A stretch of 64,000 bases of DNA from Chrysomallon squamiferum (taxonomy: Eukaryota > Animalia > Mollusca). The position numbers and the translations under genes are program-made. Location of the stretch: assembly GCA_012295275.1 (NCBI GenBank), contig CM022675.1:6634001-6698000 (forward strand), given 5' to 3'. The notes below the pieces were generated by a model, which was given only the letters and a program-made list of their open reading frames with translations, did not search any database and was not told where the DNA came from. Position 1 is the first letter of the stretch; every line of letters starts with the position of its first letter. Of the stretch, positions 45,676-60,910 are shown piece by piece.

Positions 45676-45930
45676 TTGATAAAATTTCTATCAATATATA
45701 TATATATTGATAAAATTTCTATCAAAACAACTTATTCTTAAAATATAAAGATCGAACGCTGTGATCGTTCATTTCATTTATAAATAAAGACGTATGGACA
45801 GACAAACTGATAGACAGATAGACCGAAAGCCACACAAAACAGACAGACAGACAAACAGACAAAGAGACAGACCAATGGACAGAAGGTATCAAAATACTTT
45901 CACTGTGATGAATTTGCTTTATATATATCC
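45676..45930 (+). mobile_element. Possible decayed Helentron/DINE-1-like non-autonomous element end
   Basis: AAATTTCTATCAAAA, then a (GACA)n tract, then TTTGCTTTATATATAT; this order is typical of invertebrate DINE/HINE-like elements. Confidence 0.35.
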
Positions 45931-46289
45931 ATCATCATACTGAGTCAGTAACTTCTAACCTTCTAATATTTTATTAATATGCACGATTTTAGTACTTGCT
46001 TTAGCTACGATCTGTAAAAATATGTCGCGTGTCATGAATTTCATACGAATACGGAACCAGGACGGCTACCATATTCAAAATATCGTACATGGCGTTCTTC
46101 GAGGGATTTTAGAATTCATTCACGGAAAAACAAAATATAAAAAAAGTTGAATAAAAATAAAAATACAGTGATCAGATTTCAAGATTCGTTTTACTGCTTA
46201 AGTATAACTAATGGAAATGAGAAACACGAGCGTCACATCTCAAATTTAACCGAATATAAAATTTCATGTGATATTAACATGCAGTTTCT

Positions 46290-46509
46290 CAGACTCATTT
46301 GCTACGGACGAAAGTTGAAAAGAGAAAAATATTTACAATGACTCGCGCTCGGAAAGTAGTGAGGATGAAAACGAGGGAAGTGTTCTTGGACAAAAACTGT
46401 GATTACAACAACTTTAGAACTTTTCTAGGACCAGCACAAAAATTGCACAATAGCTCCTAAATAAAATAAAATAAAATAAAATAAAATTCTTCAGCTGGAG
46501 CAAAAATAT

Positions 46510-46550
<41 letters not shown>

Positions 46551-48715
46551 TCTGATAGACCAAAAACTTGAAGTCTTTTCTTCCACTAGAACAAAAAGGT
46601 ATTTCCTTCAGCTACAACAAGAATAAGATGCAGAAACAATATTGAAAGACAATGTTTATTCAGTTAGAACGCTTTCGTTAATACTGACGGTTTTTACTAC
46701 GTTTATCTCAAGAAATCGAGAAAAGAATTTAACATATAAAATGGGCACGAATTGGTACAATCATGCAAAACCGCCAAAAGAAAAAAAAAAAAAAAGAATG
46801 TAGAGTAGAACGTGTGGGTTTTCAAAATTCAAAATTAAAATGAAATAAAATAAGAAAATGTAATATACAACACAATATAATATCTAACAAAAACAAAATA
46901 AAACACAGTCAGTGATATTGGATTTAAACAATTACAGATTTTACTTGTTTTAATATAAAACTTTAAACTCAGAAAACATATCGGGAAACATTTTCGAAAC
47001 AGGATGAATATCTCCTTAATCTAAATAAAACCTATATATATATGTATACGATTATGTCCTTGATAAGAAATAATATATTTTTTTAAATACCTGAAGAACA
47101 TTTACAAATTTCACCAATGTAAACTGTAAGCATGTGAGCACAAGCTACGTAAGAAGAAGAAAAGCAGAAACGAAAAAAAGAGAGTTCTAATAATGAAATC
47201 CTATTTCAACTTGATAAATATTAAATGATAAACCAGGATTTCAAATGGAAGGTATTCTACAAAACAGACGTACAGCAACAGATGTCAGCTTGAACTAGGT
47301 ATGGATACTTCAGTTAATGATAAAAATATAGAATATGAATTTCATTTATTTTACTAAACTATTTATTTATTTATTTATTTATTTTTTATTTATTTATTTA
47401 TTTATTTATTTTATTTTATTTTATTTTATTTTATTTTATTTTATATAATTACTTTTTTTTAACAGACTTATTTGCTACGGACGAAAGTTGAGAAGAGAAA
47501 AATATTTACAACGACTCGCGCTCGGAAAGCAGTGAGGATGAAAACGAGGGAAGTGTTCTTGGACAAAAACTGTGATTACAACAACTTTAGAACTTTTCTA
47601 GGACCAGCACAAAAATTGCACAATAGCTCCTAAATAAAATAAAATAAAATTCTTCAGCTGGAGCAAAAATATAACTTTTTTATTTTTTTATTTTTTTTTT
47701 TTTTTTTTTGTCTCCTAAAACTAAAATAAAATAAAATAAAATAAAATAAAGTAAAATAAAATAATTAAAGCGTAGGATGGTTCTTCAAAAACTGTGATTA
47801 CAACAACTTTAGAACTGGACCAGCAAAAAAATTGCACAATATAAATAAAATAAAATAAAATTCTTCAGCTTATTTTTTTATTTTTTTTTTTTTTTTTTTT
47901 TTTTGTTTTTTTGTCTGATAGACCAAAAACTTGAAATCTTTTCTTCCACTAGAACAAAAAGGTATTTCCTTCAGCTACAACAAGAATAAGATGCAGAAAC
48001 AATATTGAAAGACAATGTTTATTCAGTTAGAACGCTTTCGTTAATATTGACGGTTTTCACTACGTTTATCTCAAGAAATCAAGAAAAGAATTTAACATAT
48101 AAAATGGGCACGAATTGGTACAATCATGCAAAACCACCAAGAGAGAGAAAAAAAAAAAAGAATGTAGAGTAGAATGTGTGGGTTTTCAAAATGTAATATA
48201 CAACACAATATAATATCTAACAAAAACAAAATAAAACACAATGTGATATTGGATTTAAACAATTACAGATTTTACTTGTTTTAATATAAAACTTTAAACT
48301 CAGAAAACATATCGGGAAACATTTTCGAAACAGGATGAATATCTCCTTAATCTAAATAAAACCTATATATGTATACGATTATGTCCTTGATAAGAAATAA
48401 TTTTTTTTTTTTAAATACCTGAAGAACATTTACAAATTTCACCAATGTAAACTGTAAGCATGTGAGCACAAGCTACGTAAGAAGAAGAAAAGCAGAAACG
48501 AAAAAAAGAGAGTTCTAATAATGAAATCCTATTTCAACTTGATAAATATTAAATGATAAACCAGGATTTCAAATGGAAGGTATTCTACAAAACAGACGTA
48601 CAGCAACAGATGTCAGCTTGAACTAGGTATGGATACTTCAGTTAATGATAAATATATAGTATATGAATTTCATTTATTTTACGAAACTATTTATTTATTT
48701 ATTTATTTATTTATT
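46290..48715. repeat. Recent near-identical tandem duplication, ~1.17-kb period (copies start at 46290 and 47463)
   Basis: Long identical stretches such as TTTGCTACGGACGAAAGTTGA and GGAAGGTATTCTACAAAACAGACGTACAGC; copy 2 has an internal re-duplication at ~47787-47870. Confidence 0.97.
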
Positions 48716-48719
48716 TATA

Positions 48720-49470
48720 CCCCCAAAACAAGAATACTTTAACAACTGTGACTTAACCTATTCCTTGAGTGATTTCATCATTTTAAGACTAATTTTATAA
48801 ACTGATAATTAAAATAAAATAAGAAATATGATATAATGCAATATAATACAATACAATACAATAAATAATAAAATAAAACAAAATACAATCAGTGATAGTG
48901 GGTTTGAACTATAACAGATTTTCGTTATTTTATTACAGAGCTCTATAATATATTTACAATATAGAAGATCCGATTCCTTCTAGTTTTCCTAGTATTTCCA
49001 AGACAGGACCAATGTTTCCTACATCTATATAGAACTTAAATATGTATACTACTGCATGATTGATGGAAAACTAATTTTAAAATATTAAACAAAGTTTACA
49101 ACGTTTACAAACTTCACCAGTATACACGGGAATGCATGTGAGCACAACAACAATAACAACAATAATAGTAATTGGAAGAGGAAAAAGAAACAGAGCTCTA
49201 ATAATGAAATCCAATCTCAGATTTTTAAGTCTTAAATGATAAATCAAAATTTCAAGTGCAAGATATTCTCCAAATGCAACACAGTGGAGTCAGTATTTCT
49301 CTTTTTGAATTTTCCTCCTGTTCAATTTGTAAGCGGAGAGTATTCTCTTCATTTTACAGACAGCATCTACATAATGAAGCATTTCAAATTACTACACATA
49401 TGAGAGAACTGGTGCAGATACAAGAAACTCAAACACTCCTCATTATTGTCTGCTTGTTTTAAATAAAATG

Positions 49471-49525
<55 letters not shown>

Positions 49526-49935
49526 AAACTAACGAAAACAAAAATGGCTGTGTTCCTTCTTCGTTGTATTAATTTTTCTTTTTTCCACTGGCGTAGAGAA
49601 AACACTTCCAATATTTAACTTACAAAACAAAATCCTGATGCAAATGAGCAACACAGTTCGTGATACTAATTAGATTTACATTAACTTGTGTAACTCGGCA
49701 TCGACCAATCTAAGTAAAATAGATTTGTAAATCATTCTGGAATAGTATTCCGTTTCTAGATAAATGATATGTTTTTCTTACAAATCTACTTTTAACGTAA
49801 CAAAATAAATATATAATTGATAGATAATTAACAAGGATAATGTATTTCTGACAGTTTTCATATATACATATTCTTTTTTTTTTTTTTCCTTAATTTTTAA
49901 TATTATTTCAAATTAGAGGGAGGTATTGGTTTTAT

Positions 49936-49974
<39 letters not shown>

Positions 49975-51609
49975 CGACATATATAATTTATATTTTCTGT
50001 ATATTCTATTTTCAACAGATATAATTTACAAACGTCATTGTAACAAGAGAAACTTCGACTATAAATAATTAACAATGGTGTTCTTGGACTAAAATTAAAA
50101 AGTATTTCATTACAGAAATACCAGGAGTCTTCTTGAGCTACAGTAATCGGAGAATTATTCGAGACATGAGAAACTAAAAACTTTCTACAATATTTAATAC
50201 TTGTTTTAAAATAAATACTTAATAAATAAATATTAAATGATAAACAAAAAATTTCAAATGGAAAGAATAGTTATTATTGTTGTTGTTATTTTTCAATTTA
50301 AAAGTAAAGAATATTTTCTTTACAATTTAGAAAAAAAAAAAAAAAAAAAAAAAAAAAGGACAGCCGCTAATTATCGATAATGAGAAATATGTGACGAGTT
50401 TTCTTGGAAGAGAACAAGAATCTGTACTGTGTCATTCTAATAGAACACATAACATGTATTCTTGAAATAGAAGATGTAGTGTTTCGATGCAATGACATTA
50501 CTTCGTGATAGAAATAATACGTATTTACAAGATTTCACAATAACATTTCAGTTATCTAGAGCCGACAAGAAAAACACACTTCTATATATGTGAAGGACAG
50601 CAACATTTTTGTGTCTGTTGCAAGCAAGATGACTGTAACTGATTTCAAAACAGACCAATCTACATTACATACTAATGAGAAATAAATAATAATAAAGATG
50701 ATGATCATGATAAAAATAAAATATTAAAAAACGACACTACAAAATTGGAGATTACCTACAGTTATCTACAGTTATCTACATTGTTAAATAAATAATCAAA
50801 CTAACAAAATCAGTCCCATTTTGTATTCATTTTTGTTCTTTTTGTTCTTTTTTTTTTTTATATTTAATTTTCCGGCTTTATAATTTACTTTTTTTTTCGT
50901 ACGGACAGTTGAAAATAAAAATAAACAATGACTAGATTTTTTTTGTGTCTATTGCAATGACAAGATGACTGTAATTGATTTTTGTATGGCAAGGACAGCA
51001 ACATTTTTGTGTCTATTGCAAGCAAGATGACTGTAATTGATTTCAAAAATACCCAATCTGCATAACATAATAATGAGAAATAAATTATAATAAAGATGAT
51101 GATGATGATAAGAATTTAAAAAAAGAAAGAAAAAAGACACTACAAAATTGTAGATTACCTATGATAGTACAACGAGAAAAAAAAGAAGTTAGTTATTTGT
51201 TCTAGTAGCAGTAAAGACGTTACGTCTTTGTTCTCACAATGCCTGGCAATATAACAAAACTAAAATTCTACTCCTTGACCGATTTCATCATTTTAAGACA
51301 CATTTTAAAAAACTAAAAGTTAAAATAAGAAACATTGTGTAAAGAAATATAAGGCAGTATAATACAACACAATTTAATAAATAATGAAACAAAACCAATT
51401 ACAATACAGTCTGTGTTATACTATTACAAATTTTCTCAGTTTTATCACAAGTCTTAACAAACAAATTACAGAAAGAATTCTTTATCATGGCCTAGTCATT
51501 TTCAGAACAGGGCCAGAATATCCTACATCTAAACACTACTCATTCAATATACGATTATATCTCAACAAAGTCTGCAGTATTTACATTTATGAACTATGCA
51601 TGTAACAAG

Positions 51610-51662
<53 letters not shown>

Positions 51663-53858
51663 CAACAACAACAACAACAACAACAAAAATAATAATAATA
51701 AAGAAAGAAGAAGTAATAAAATTATATCTAATATTGATAAATGTTAAATGATAAGACAAATTTCAAACGAAAGGAATTCTGCAGACATATTTATTTTAAA
51801 TGTGGAGAATATTTGTTTTATGTTACAGATACCATCAACAGAACGGCAGATTTCTGTTGACAGAATAGTATATACAGAACACTGCAAAGCGGGGTTGGGA
51901 TTACTAGTTGGAACTGGAAATGTTATATTTTTCATTACTCCAGAAATCAGAGAATTAACGGAAGCATGGGAAACTCAAAAATATCAGATTTTTGTGAACT
52001 TCTTTTAAATAAAATAAAATAAAATAAATAAAAAGTTAACATCAAATAATACTGTGTTAAATATTCAAACTGAAGCTCAGTCAGTGATAATGTATTTCAG
52101 ACAGTTCTTATATACATATATTTTTTTATTTTGTGTATAAATATTATTATTATATTTATTATTATTTGTTTGTTGTTGTTTTTTTTTTTTTTTTTTTCGT
52201 ATGGACAACAGATGTAAAGAAGAATAAACCAAGACAAACGTTCTTGAAAAGATTAAAAAAAAATCGACTATAAGAGAGATGTTCTTGAACTAAAAGGTTT
52301 TTCATTACAAACATGCTAGGATTGTTCATGGACTATTAAAAAGAGCTACAGATATCAGAGAAATATTAGAGACATGAGAAACTCAAAACTTTCTAACTTT
52401 TTGTGACTTTATTTTATATTTTAATGTCTAAAAAGACGATTTTCTCAGAGGAAACCTACATCACACTAAAAAAAAAAAAAGTGTTAGTACTTGGTGCTCG
52501 TTGTAACGGGAGATGCTCTCTTTCTAAATACTTAACAAATGTGAAAAGATAAGACAAAATGTCAAAGCAAACGAACTGTTTCTGTTCAATTTAAAAGTAA
52601 AAGAATATTCTCCTTATGTTTTAGATACCATCTGCAGAAAGGAACATTTCATATTATGTTACTTGATTAAACAGATGCAAACCAGTACAATGACCTTTGA
52701 TAAACTGGTCTTAGCAGTACCGGTTGGAACGGGAGGTGTTGTCGTTATAAATTACTAAATGATCAGACAATTATTAGAAACATGAGAATTTCTCATAATT
52801 CTGTATTTGCTTTAAATAAAATAATTTACTAAACCGTATACTAATGATGAAATCAATCCACAGGTTTTAAAAGGTCGCCTACGAAAACAAAACCAACCAA
52901 ATCGCTTAAAACTGACGTCATCTATACGCTAAAGGGTTTCATCACAAATTAAAGTAAGATAGAATTGCTCGTTTTCGTTCTTTTATAACAGAATTGTACT
53001 AAACCCGAAAGACTCATCAGAAAACTACAAAAAACCTGGCTACATTTAAAATGTCCGAATTTTCGTAGAGACATCTCATAGAAACAATATGAATATATCT
53101 GATTAAATACTTCATGTTAAAAGATTTATGTGTTAAAAAGTTTAAATCTGAATAAAAGAACAAAATAACAATAAGAGGAAGAAAGGAGGATTCTAATAGT
53201 GAAATCCTAGTGAAAATTTCCTGTTGGGATTAAACAAAATTCAGTTCATATTGAAAACTGTACAAGCTGTTCTAATAAAAACAACATTTCAATAAATAAA
53301 CAATGACAAGCAATCGAGAAATACTTTGAAAAGAAAAAATCGACTAGAAGAGAGCTTTTCTTGAACTAAAAAGTTTTTCATTACAAAAATGCTAGGACTC
53401 TTCTTAGACTATAAAAAAAAAAAAAAAAAAAAAAAAAATACGGGATATCACAGAATTAACTGAAACATGACGGACTCAAGAATTTCTAAACGTTTTGTGA
53501 ACTTGTTTTATAATTATGAAATATATATATATAATAATACTAATGTCTAATAAGACGATTTACTCAGAGGAAAATCTACAGCAACAAAAGAGGAGCTGGT
53601 ACTATTACTGGAGATGTTGTCTTTGTTAACACTTAATAAATGTTAAATGATAAACCAAAATTTGAAATGAAAGGAATTGTTGTTGTTCTGTTTTAAAGTA
53701 AATAATATTCCCCTTATGTTCTACATACCATCTATTGAAAGGAACATTTCACGTCATCTTAGTTAATTCGACAGATGCAAACCTGTACAATGACCTTTAA
53801 TAATCTAGACTTAGTGGTCCTGCATGGAACAGATGTTATCTTTTTAAATTAGTATATA

Positions 53859-53917
<59 letters not shown>

Positions 53918-54806
53918 AAATCATGAAATTATTTGGGGGTTTTTAAATCATACTTAACTACTAAATTGGAAATTGAATGTGATACCATACTTGTTGTTGT
54001 TGTCGTTATTATTATTATTATTATTATTATTAAAATTAAGAAATAAAAAAATTGTATTTAAAAATAAAATAAAAATTTAAAAATGTCTACAGCATATGCA
54101 CAACACATAGAGAAACGCACATAAAGTTAACCGAACAGACAACAAAAATAAAGAAAAAAAGAAGAAATGTAGATCCGAGCATTAAAATGTCCAAATTTTA
54201 TCCAAAGCCACATCATCAAATTGAATCAGATATGGAAACTTCACTTGATGACAAAGATATTGTATATGAATTTTATTTGTTTTAAGAAATTATTTATTTA
54301 GTTATTTATTTATTTACCAAAAAAAAAAATGGAAATAAATAAAAATATTAACGTAAAACCGCAAAAAAAAAAAAAAAAAAAAAAAAAAAAGGTACAGTGC
54401 AATGAAACAAAACAAAAATTTAAAAAAATAAAAATTTAAATAAAATAAAATGGAATAAGTAATAAATATAATATAAATAATTAACAATGTAATATAATAA
54501 CGAATAAAACGGAACTAAATAAACAATAAATGGTACAGGATTCAAGTTTTTACAGATTTTGCAATTACAAAACTCTAACGAGAACAATTACAGAAAGAAT
54601 TTTGTATCATGGCCTAGTCGTTTTTAGGACAAGCCTAGATGATCTCACTGATGGGAAAATATCTACATACTTAAGTAATAAGGCTACGAACGTGAACGCA
54701 CCAACAACAACAACCACACCAATTCGTTTTTTCTGTTCTTTTTTTCACAGTAGTTGATTGCAAGATACAAAATATAGAAGAAATATTTATTTGCGTTTTT
54801 ATCTGC

Positions 54807-54841
<35 letters not shown>

Positions 54842-55233
54842 TATTAAATAAATAATCAAACTGAAGCACAAACAATGCTAATTGATTATACCGAAGTTTA
54901 TATATAAAAATATATTATTGTTTTATTTAAACAGAAAATGAAACGCTCTTACGATAGAATAAAAACTTCTTCAGCTAGATCAAAAACGTAAAGTTTTTTT
55001 CTTCTAATAGATCTCCTTCTACTAAAGAAAACTAATTTTAAAAAAGAAAACGAAAATAAAAGAATATAAGAAATAAAAATATCAAAATGACTTGTATGTT
55101 CACAGAAAACCGCTATACTATTACATCGCTGATGGAGAAATATTTCTAAATTACCTTTACAAAGTTTAGAACATTTACAAATTTCAGCAGTACACATAGT
55201 ATGTATCTCAGCACAAGCATTCTAATAATAATA

Positions 55234-55316
<83 letters not shown>

Positions 55317-55500
55317 ATAGAAGGAGGAAGAAGAAGAAAACAGAATTCTAACAATGCAAACCAGGTTTTCAGTGATGACCAAATTTTCAAATACAAGAGA
55401 ATGGAGTGTATATTTTCTATTTCTAATTTTCCCGCATTTATTTCAAGCGTCATATGCACTTATATATTACTACTGACACAAGAGAACTAGTACAGACAAG

Positions 55501-55539
<39 letters not shown>

Positions 55540-57040
55540 GTCTTCATATCAAGACGTGCGTAGAGAAAAACACTTCTAATATTGAAAATCATTTACAAAA
55601 CAAAATCTAGATGCAAACTAGACAGTGAAATAATACAAGCAAGACTGTTCGAGATACTACACTGATTTACATTATCTTGTGTAACTCTGCATATGTCAAT
55701 CTAATTAAAATATATTTGTGAATCATTCTGGAAGATTATTCTGTTTCTAAATAACGATATTTTTCTTATAAATGTATTTCTAACGTAATAAAATATATAA
55801 CTTATACGATAATGTATTTCTATCAGTTTTTTTGTGTTAAATATATTTAATTTTTAATTTTATTTTTTTCAATATTATTGTAATATTACTTCTTTTTTTT
55901 TTTTTGGATAATTTTTTCGTTTTTCCGATAGAATATATGTAATTTTTATTTTCTGTATTTTGTATTTTTTATTATTATTTTTTTTATTTTTTTTATTTTT
56001 TTTTGTATTTTTATTTTTTTATTTTACAGATTTCATTTACAAACATCCTAGTAACAGAAGAGAAACTTCGACTATAAGAGTGCTTTTCTTGGAATAAAAT
56101 TTTAAAATATTTCATTACAAAAAGTTTACTTCTTGAAAATGATCAAGGAAAAGTTAGAGACATGAGAAACCAAAAACTAAGATCTTTGATATTAAAAGAA
56201 CAGGGAAATTAAGTCAAATTACTCAGAGGAAAATCTACATCAACATGAAAAACAAGAGTTAGTGCTAGCTACTGGTGGATCGGGAGAAATTTGAAATGGA
56301 AGCAATTGTTGTTATTGTTGTTGTTATTCAGTTTAAAAGTAAAGAATGTTTTCCCTATGTTTTAGATACCATCTACAGAAATGATCCGTATGCTTCTGAT
56401 GAATAAGAGGGAAACATGACATTTGATAAATTAGTCTCAGCTGTACTGGTTGGAACGGGTGAAGTTTCCTTTTTTAAATTTCTAAAAGATTTGAGAATTA
56501 ATAAAGATATCAGAAACTCGAGAATTAACATAAAATTAACATAAAATATAAAGATAAACGTCTTTTTTTTCTCCTTACACATAAGATAAACAACGAAGTG
56601 CTATAAAAACAGCTTAACCACTTTTCAGTATAAACTGATATTTTTTTTAATCCCAACACGACATTTTCATGGAACATACTTTTATTGACGGTAATTTCAT
56701 TATCTTAATCGATAAATCATGTAACTTTCCAGAACTTTCTTAAATCATTCCAACCTAGCCACTGTTTATAATAGATCTATCTTAAATAACCACGATATCG
56801 AATCATAAAACTAACAACTTTTAAAATCTTGCTCTTCAAGTTAAAATTAGTATTAAAAGTGCCGGCAAGATATTTTTGTATTCGTTCATAATTCCGCTTC
56901 TTTCTTGAACGTTTAGAAATAATATTAAAATTTTAAAATAATATATATTGTTTATTTCTTCTATTCTAATACCGAAAACGAAAATTCAGTCTGTCGCTGT
57001 TATTGGTTTTCTGGGGGGGGGGCGGGTTATGTCGGTTTTC

Positions 57041-57095
<55 letters not shown>

Positions 57096-57250
57096 TTCAT
57101 CATTTCCTATTAAATAAATAATGAAAATGAAGCAGAATAAATTATGACTTTACTTGGATTCTAAAAAAACACCGATAATGAAAAACACGTGGCAAGCTTT
57201 CTTGGGAGAGAACAAGAATCTGTACTGTGTTATTCTAATAGAACACAAAC
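48720..57250. repeat. Mosaic of older diverged modules of the same family, including a detached 1.4-kb-type unit at ~50450-52220 and a ~1.08-kb pair at ~52245/53326
   Basis: Variants of TTAAATGATAA..CAAAATTTCAAA.GGAAGG at ~49233, 50233, 51744, 53643 and 56288; 49590-49860 matches 55560-55830. Confidence 0.85.
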
Positions 57251-60200
57251 ATAACATGTATTTTTGAAATAATGTCTCCATGCAATGACATCACTTCGTG
57301 ATAGAAATAATACGTATTTACAAGATTTCACAATAAAATTTCAGTTATCTACAGTTGAAGAGAAAAAAGAACCATTACAAACTTGAAGGACAATAACATT
57401 TATGTGTCTGTTGCAAGCAAGATGACTGTAATTGATTTCAAAATAGACCAATCTGCATAACATAATAATGAGAAATAAATAATAATAAAGATGACGATGA
57501 TAAGAATAAAATTTAAAAAAAACAACTAAAAATCTGGAGATTACCTATGATAGTAGAAGGAGAAAAAAAGAAGTTAGTTATTTGTTCTAGTAGAAGTAAA
57601 GACGTTACGACTTTGTTCTAATAATTCCTGGCCATATAATAAAAATTCTATTCCTTGACCGATTTCATCATTATAAGACACATTTTCAAAACAAAAAATT
57701 AAAATAAGAAATATTATGTAAAGAAATATAATACAATACAATTTAATAAATAATAAAACAAAACCAAATACAATACAGTCTGTGATATTCTATTACAAAT
57801 TTTCTTTCTTTTATCACAAGTCTAATAAAATACAGAAATAATTTTTTATCATGGCATAGTCATTTTTAGAATTGAGCCACATTATCCTATATCTAAACAC
57901 TACTTACACGCACATACAATTATATCATTAAAATACTTTTGAAATATCTAAATAAAGTCTGCAATATTTACATTTATGAACTATGCATGTAAAACATAAG
58001 TATAATAATAATAATAATAATAAAAATAATAATAATAATAATAGCAACAACAGCAACAACAATAATAATAATGGCATGAATAATAATAATAATAAGATGA
58101 GAAAGAAGAAGAAAATCAAATTATATCCAATCTTTATAAATATTAAATGGTAAGACAAATTTCAAACGGAAGGTATTTTGCAGACATATTTATATATACC
58201 TATTTATTTTAAATGTGGAGAATATTTGTTTTATGTTACAGATACCATCAACAGAACGGCAGATTTCTGAACACAGAAAAGTATATACAGAACACTGCAA
58301 AGTGGGGTTGGGATTACTAGTTGGAACTGGAAATGTTATATTTTTCATTACTCCAGAAATCAGAGAATTATTTAAAGATATATTATATAAGAAATATACA
58401 TTTGACGCTTTGTCATTGTTAAATAAATAATCAAACTAAAGCACAATCAGTGACAATGTATTTCTGACATTTTTTTTTGTATATTTATTGTTTTGTTTTT
58501 TTCTTATATTTAATTTTTCGGTTTTTTTTTTTATAATCTTTATAATAAAAAATTTCGTATGGACAACAGCTGAAAATAAAAATAAACAAAGATAAGATTC
58601 TTGAAACGGAAACAAAAAAGTGACATGTATTCTTGAAATAGAAGATGTAGTGTTTCGATGCAATGACATTAATACGCGATAGAAATAATACGTATTTACA
58701 AGATTTCATAATAACATTTCAGTTATCTACAGCCTAGAAGAAAGTCCCATTACGTATGGCAAGGACAGCAACATTTTTTGTGTCTGTTGCAAGCAAGATG
58801 ACTGTAATTGATTTCAAAAATACCCAATCTGCATAACATAATAATGAAAAATAAATAATAATAAAGATGATGATGATGATGATAAGAATTTTGAAAAAAA
58901 AGAAAAAAGTCACTACAAAATTGTAGATTACCTATGATAGTACAACGAAAAAAAAAAGAAGTTAGTTATTTGTTCTGGTAGAAGTAAAGACGTTACGTCT
59001 TTGTTCTAACAATGCCTGGCAATATAACAAAACTAAAATTCTACTCCTTGACCGATTTCATCATTATAAGACACATTTTCAAAACTAAAAATTAAAATAA
59101 GAAATATTATGTAAAGAAATATAATGCAGGATAATACTATACAATTTAATAAATAATAAAACAAAACAAAACATAATACAGTCTTTGATATATTAACAAT
59201 TACAATTGTTACAGAGAGATACGCAAAAGAGAGAAAGACTCATTATCATGGCCGAGTGATTTTCAGAACTGAGCCAGATTATCCTACATCTAAACACTAC
59301 TTACACACACATACAATTATATCATTAAAATACTTTTGAAATATCTAAATAAAGTCTGCAATATTTACATTTATGAACTATGCATGTAAAAAATAAGTAT
59401 TATAATAATAATAAGAAGAAGAAGAATAGCAACAACAGCAACAACAATAATAACAATGGCATCAATAATAATAATAATAATAAGATGAGGAAGAAGAAGA
59501 AGACAGAATTCTAGTAATCAAATTATATCCAATCTTTATAAATATTGATAAGACAAATTTCAAACGGAAGGTATTCTGCAGACATAATTATTTTATACCT
59601 ATTTATTTTAAATGTGGAGAATATTTGTTTTATGTTACAGATACCATCAACAGAACGGCAGATTTCTGTTGACAGAAAAGTATATACAGAACACTGCAAA
59701 GCGGGGTTGGGATTACTAGTTGGAACTGGAAATGTTATATTTTTCATTACTCCAGAAATCAGAGAATTATTGAAAGATACATTATATAAGAAATATATAT
59801 CTTACTCTTTGTCATTGTTAAATAAATAATCAAACTAAAGCACAATCAGTGACAATGTATTTCTGACATTTTTCTATATATTTCTTATTAGTGTATTCAT
59901 TTTTTGTTCTTTTTCTTCTTTTTTTTCTTATATTTAATTTTCCGGTTTTTATCTTTATAATTTACTTTTTTTCGTACGGAGAACAGTTGAAAATAAAAAT
60001 AAACAATGACTAGATTTTTGAAACGGAAAGAAAAAAGTGATGTGTGTTCCTGAAACAGAAGATGTAGTGTTTCGATGCAATGACCTTACTTCGTGATAGA
60101 AATAATACGTATTTACAAGATTTCACAATAACATTTCAGTTATCTACAGCCGAGGAAAAAATCCCATTATGTATGGCAAGGACAGCAAGATTTTTGTGTC

Positions 60201-60879
60201 TGTTGCAAGCAAGATGTCTGTAATTGATTTAAAAAATACCCAATCTGGATAACATAATAATGAAAAATAAATAATTATAAAGAAGATGATGATGATAAGA
60301 AATTTTTTTAAAAAAAAGAAAAAAGTCACTACAAAATTGTAGATTACCTATGATAGTACAACGAGAAAAAAAAGAAGTTAATTATTTGTTCTGGTAGAAG
60401 TAAAGACGTTACGTCTTTGTTCTCACAATGCCTGGCAATATAACAAAACTAAAATTCTACTCCTTGACCGATTTCATCATTATAAGACACATTTTCAAAA
60501 CTAAAAATTAAAATAAGAAATTTTATGTAAAGAAATATAATGCAGGATAATACTATACAATTTAATAAATAATAAAACAAAACCAAACATAATACAGTCT
60601 TTGATATATTAACAATTACAATTGTTACAGAGAGATTCGCAAGAGACAGAAAGACTCATTATCATGGCCTAGTCATTTTCAGAACTGAGCCAGATTATCC
60701 TACATCTAAACACTACTTACACACACATACAATTATATCATTAAAATACTTTTGAAATATCTAAATAAAGTCTGCAATATTTACATTTATGAACTATGCA
60801 TGTAAAAAATTAGTATTATAATAATAATAAGAAGAAGAAGAATAGCAACAACAGCAACAACAATAATAACAATGGCATC

Positions 60880-60910
<31 letters not shown>

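Noticed and set aside
56396-56416. CTGATGA...GAAA hammerhead-like core
   Set aside because: Stem II cannot form between the motifs, and the core is not present in paralogous modules
58750-58830. Possible minus-strand coding exon (LGIFEINYSHLACNRHKN) after TTATGCAG
   Set aside because: The 60.2-kb copy has an in-frame TAA, the 57.4-kb copy has a stop in another frame, and no donor is conserved
59056-59066. C-box-like ATGATGA on the minus strand of each unit (snoRNA array?)
   Set aside because: There is no CTGA D box at a suitable distance and no terminal stem
59545-59829. Recurrent 71-94 aa plus-strand ORF (IPSTERQISVDR...GLGLLVGTGNVIFF) in the 1.4-kb units
   Set aside because: Recurrence reflects DNA duplication. 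The starts are non-ATG in most copies, the 62.6-kb copy has a 4-bp insertion, and the putative acceptor AG is lost in the 61.06-kb copy.
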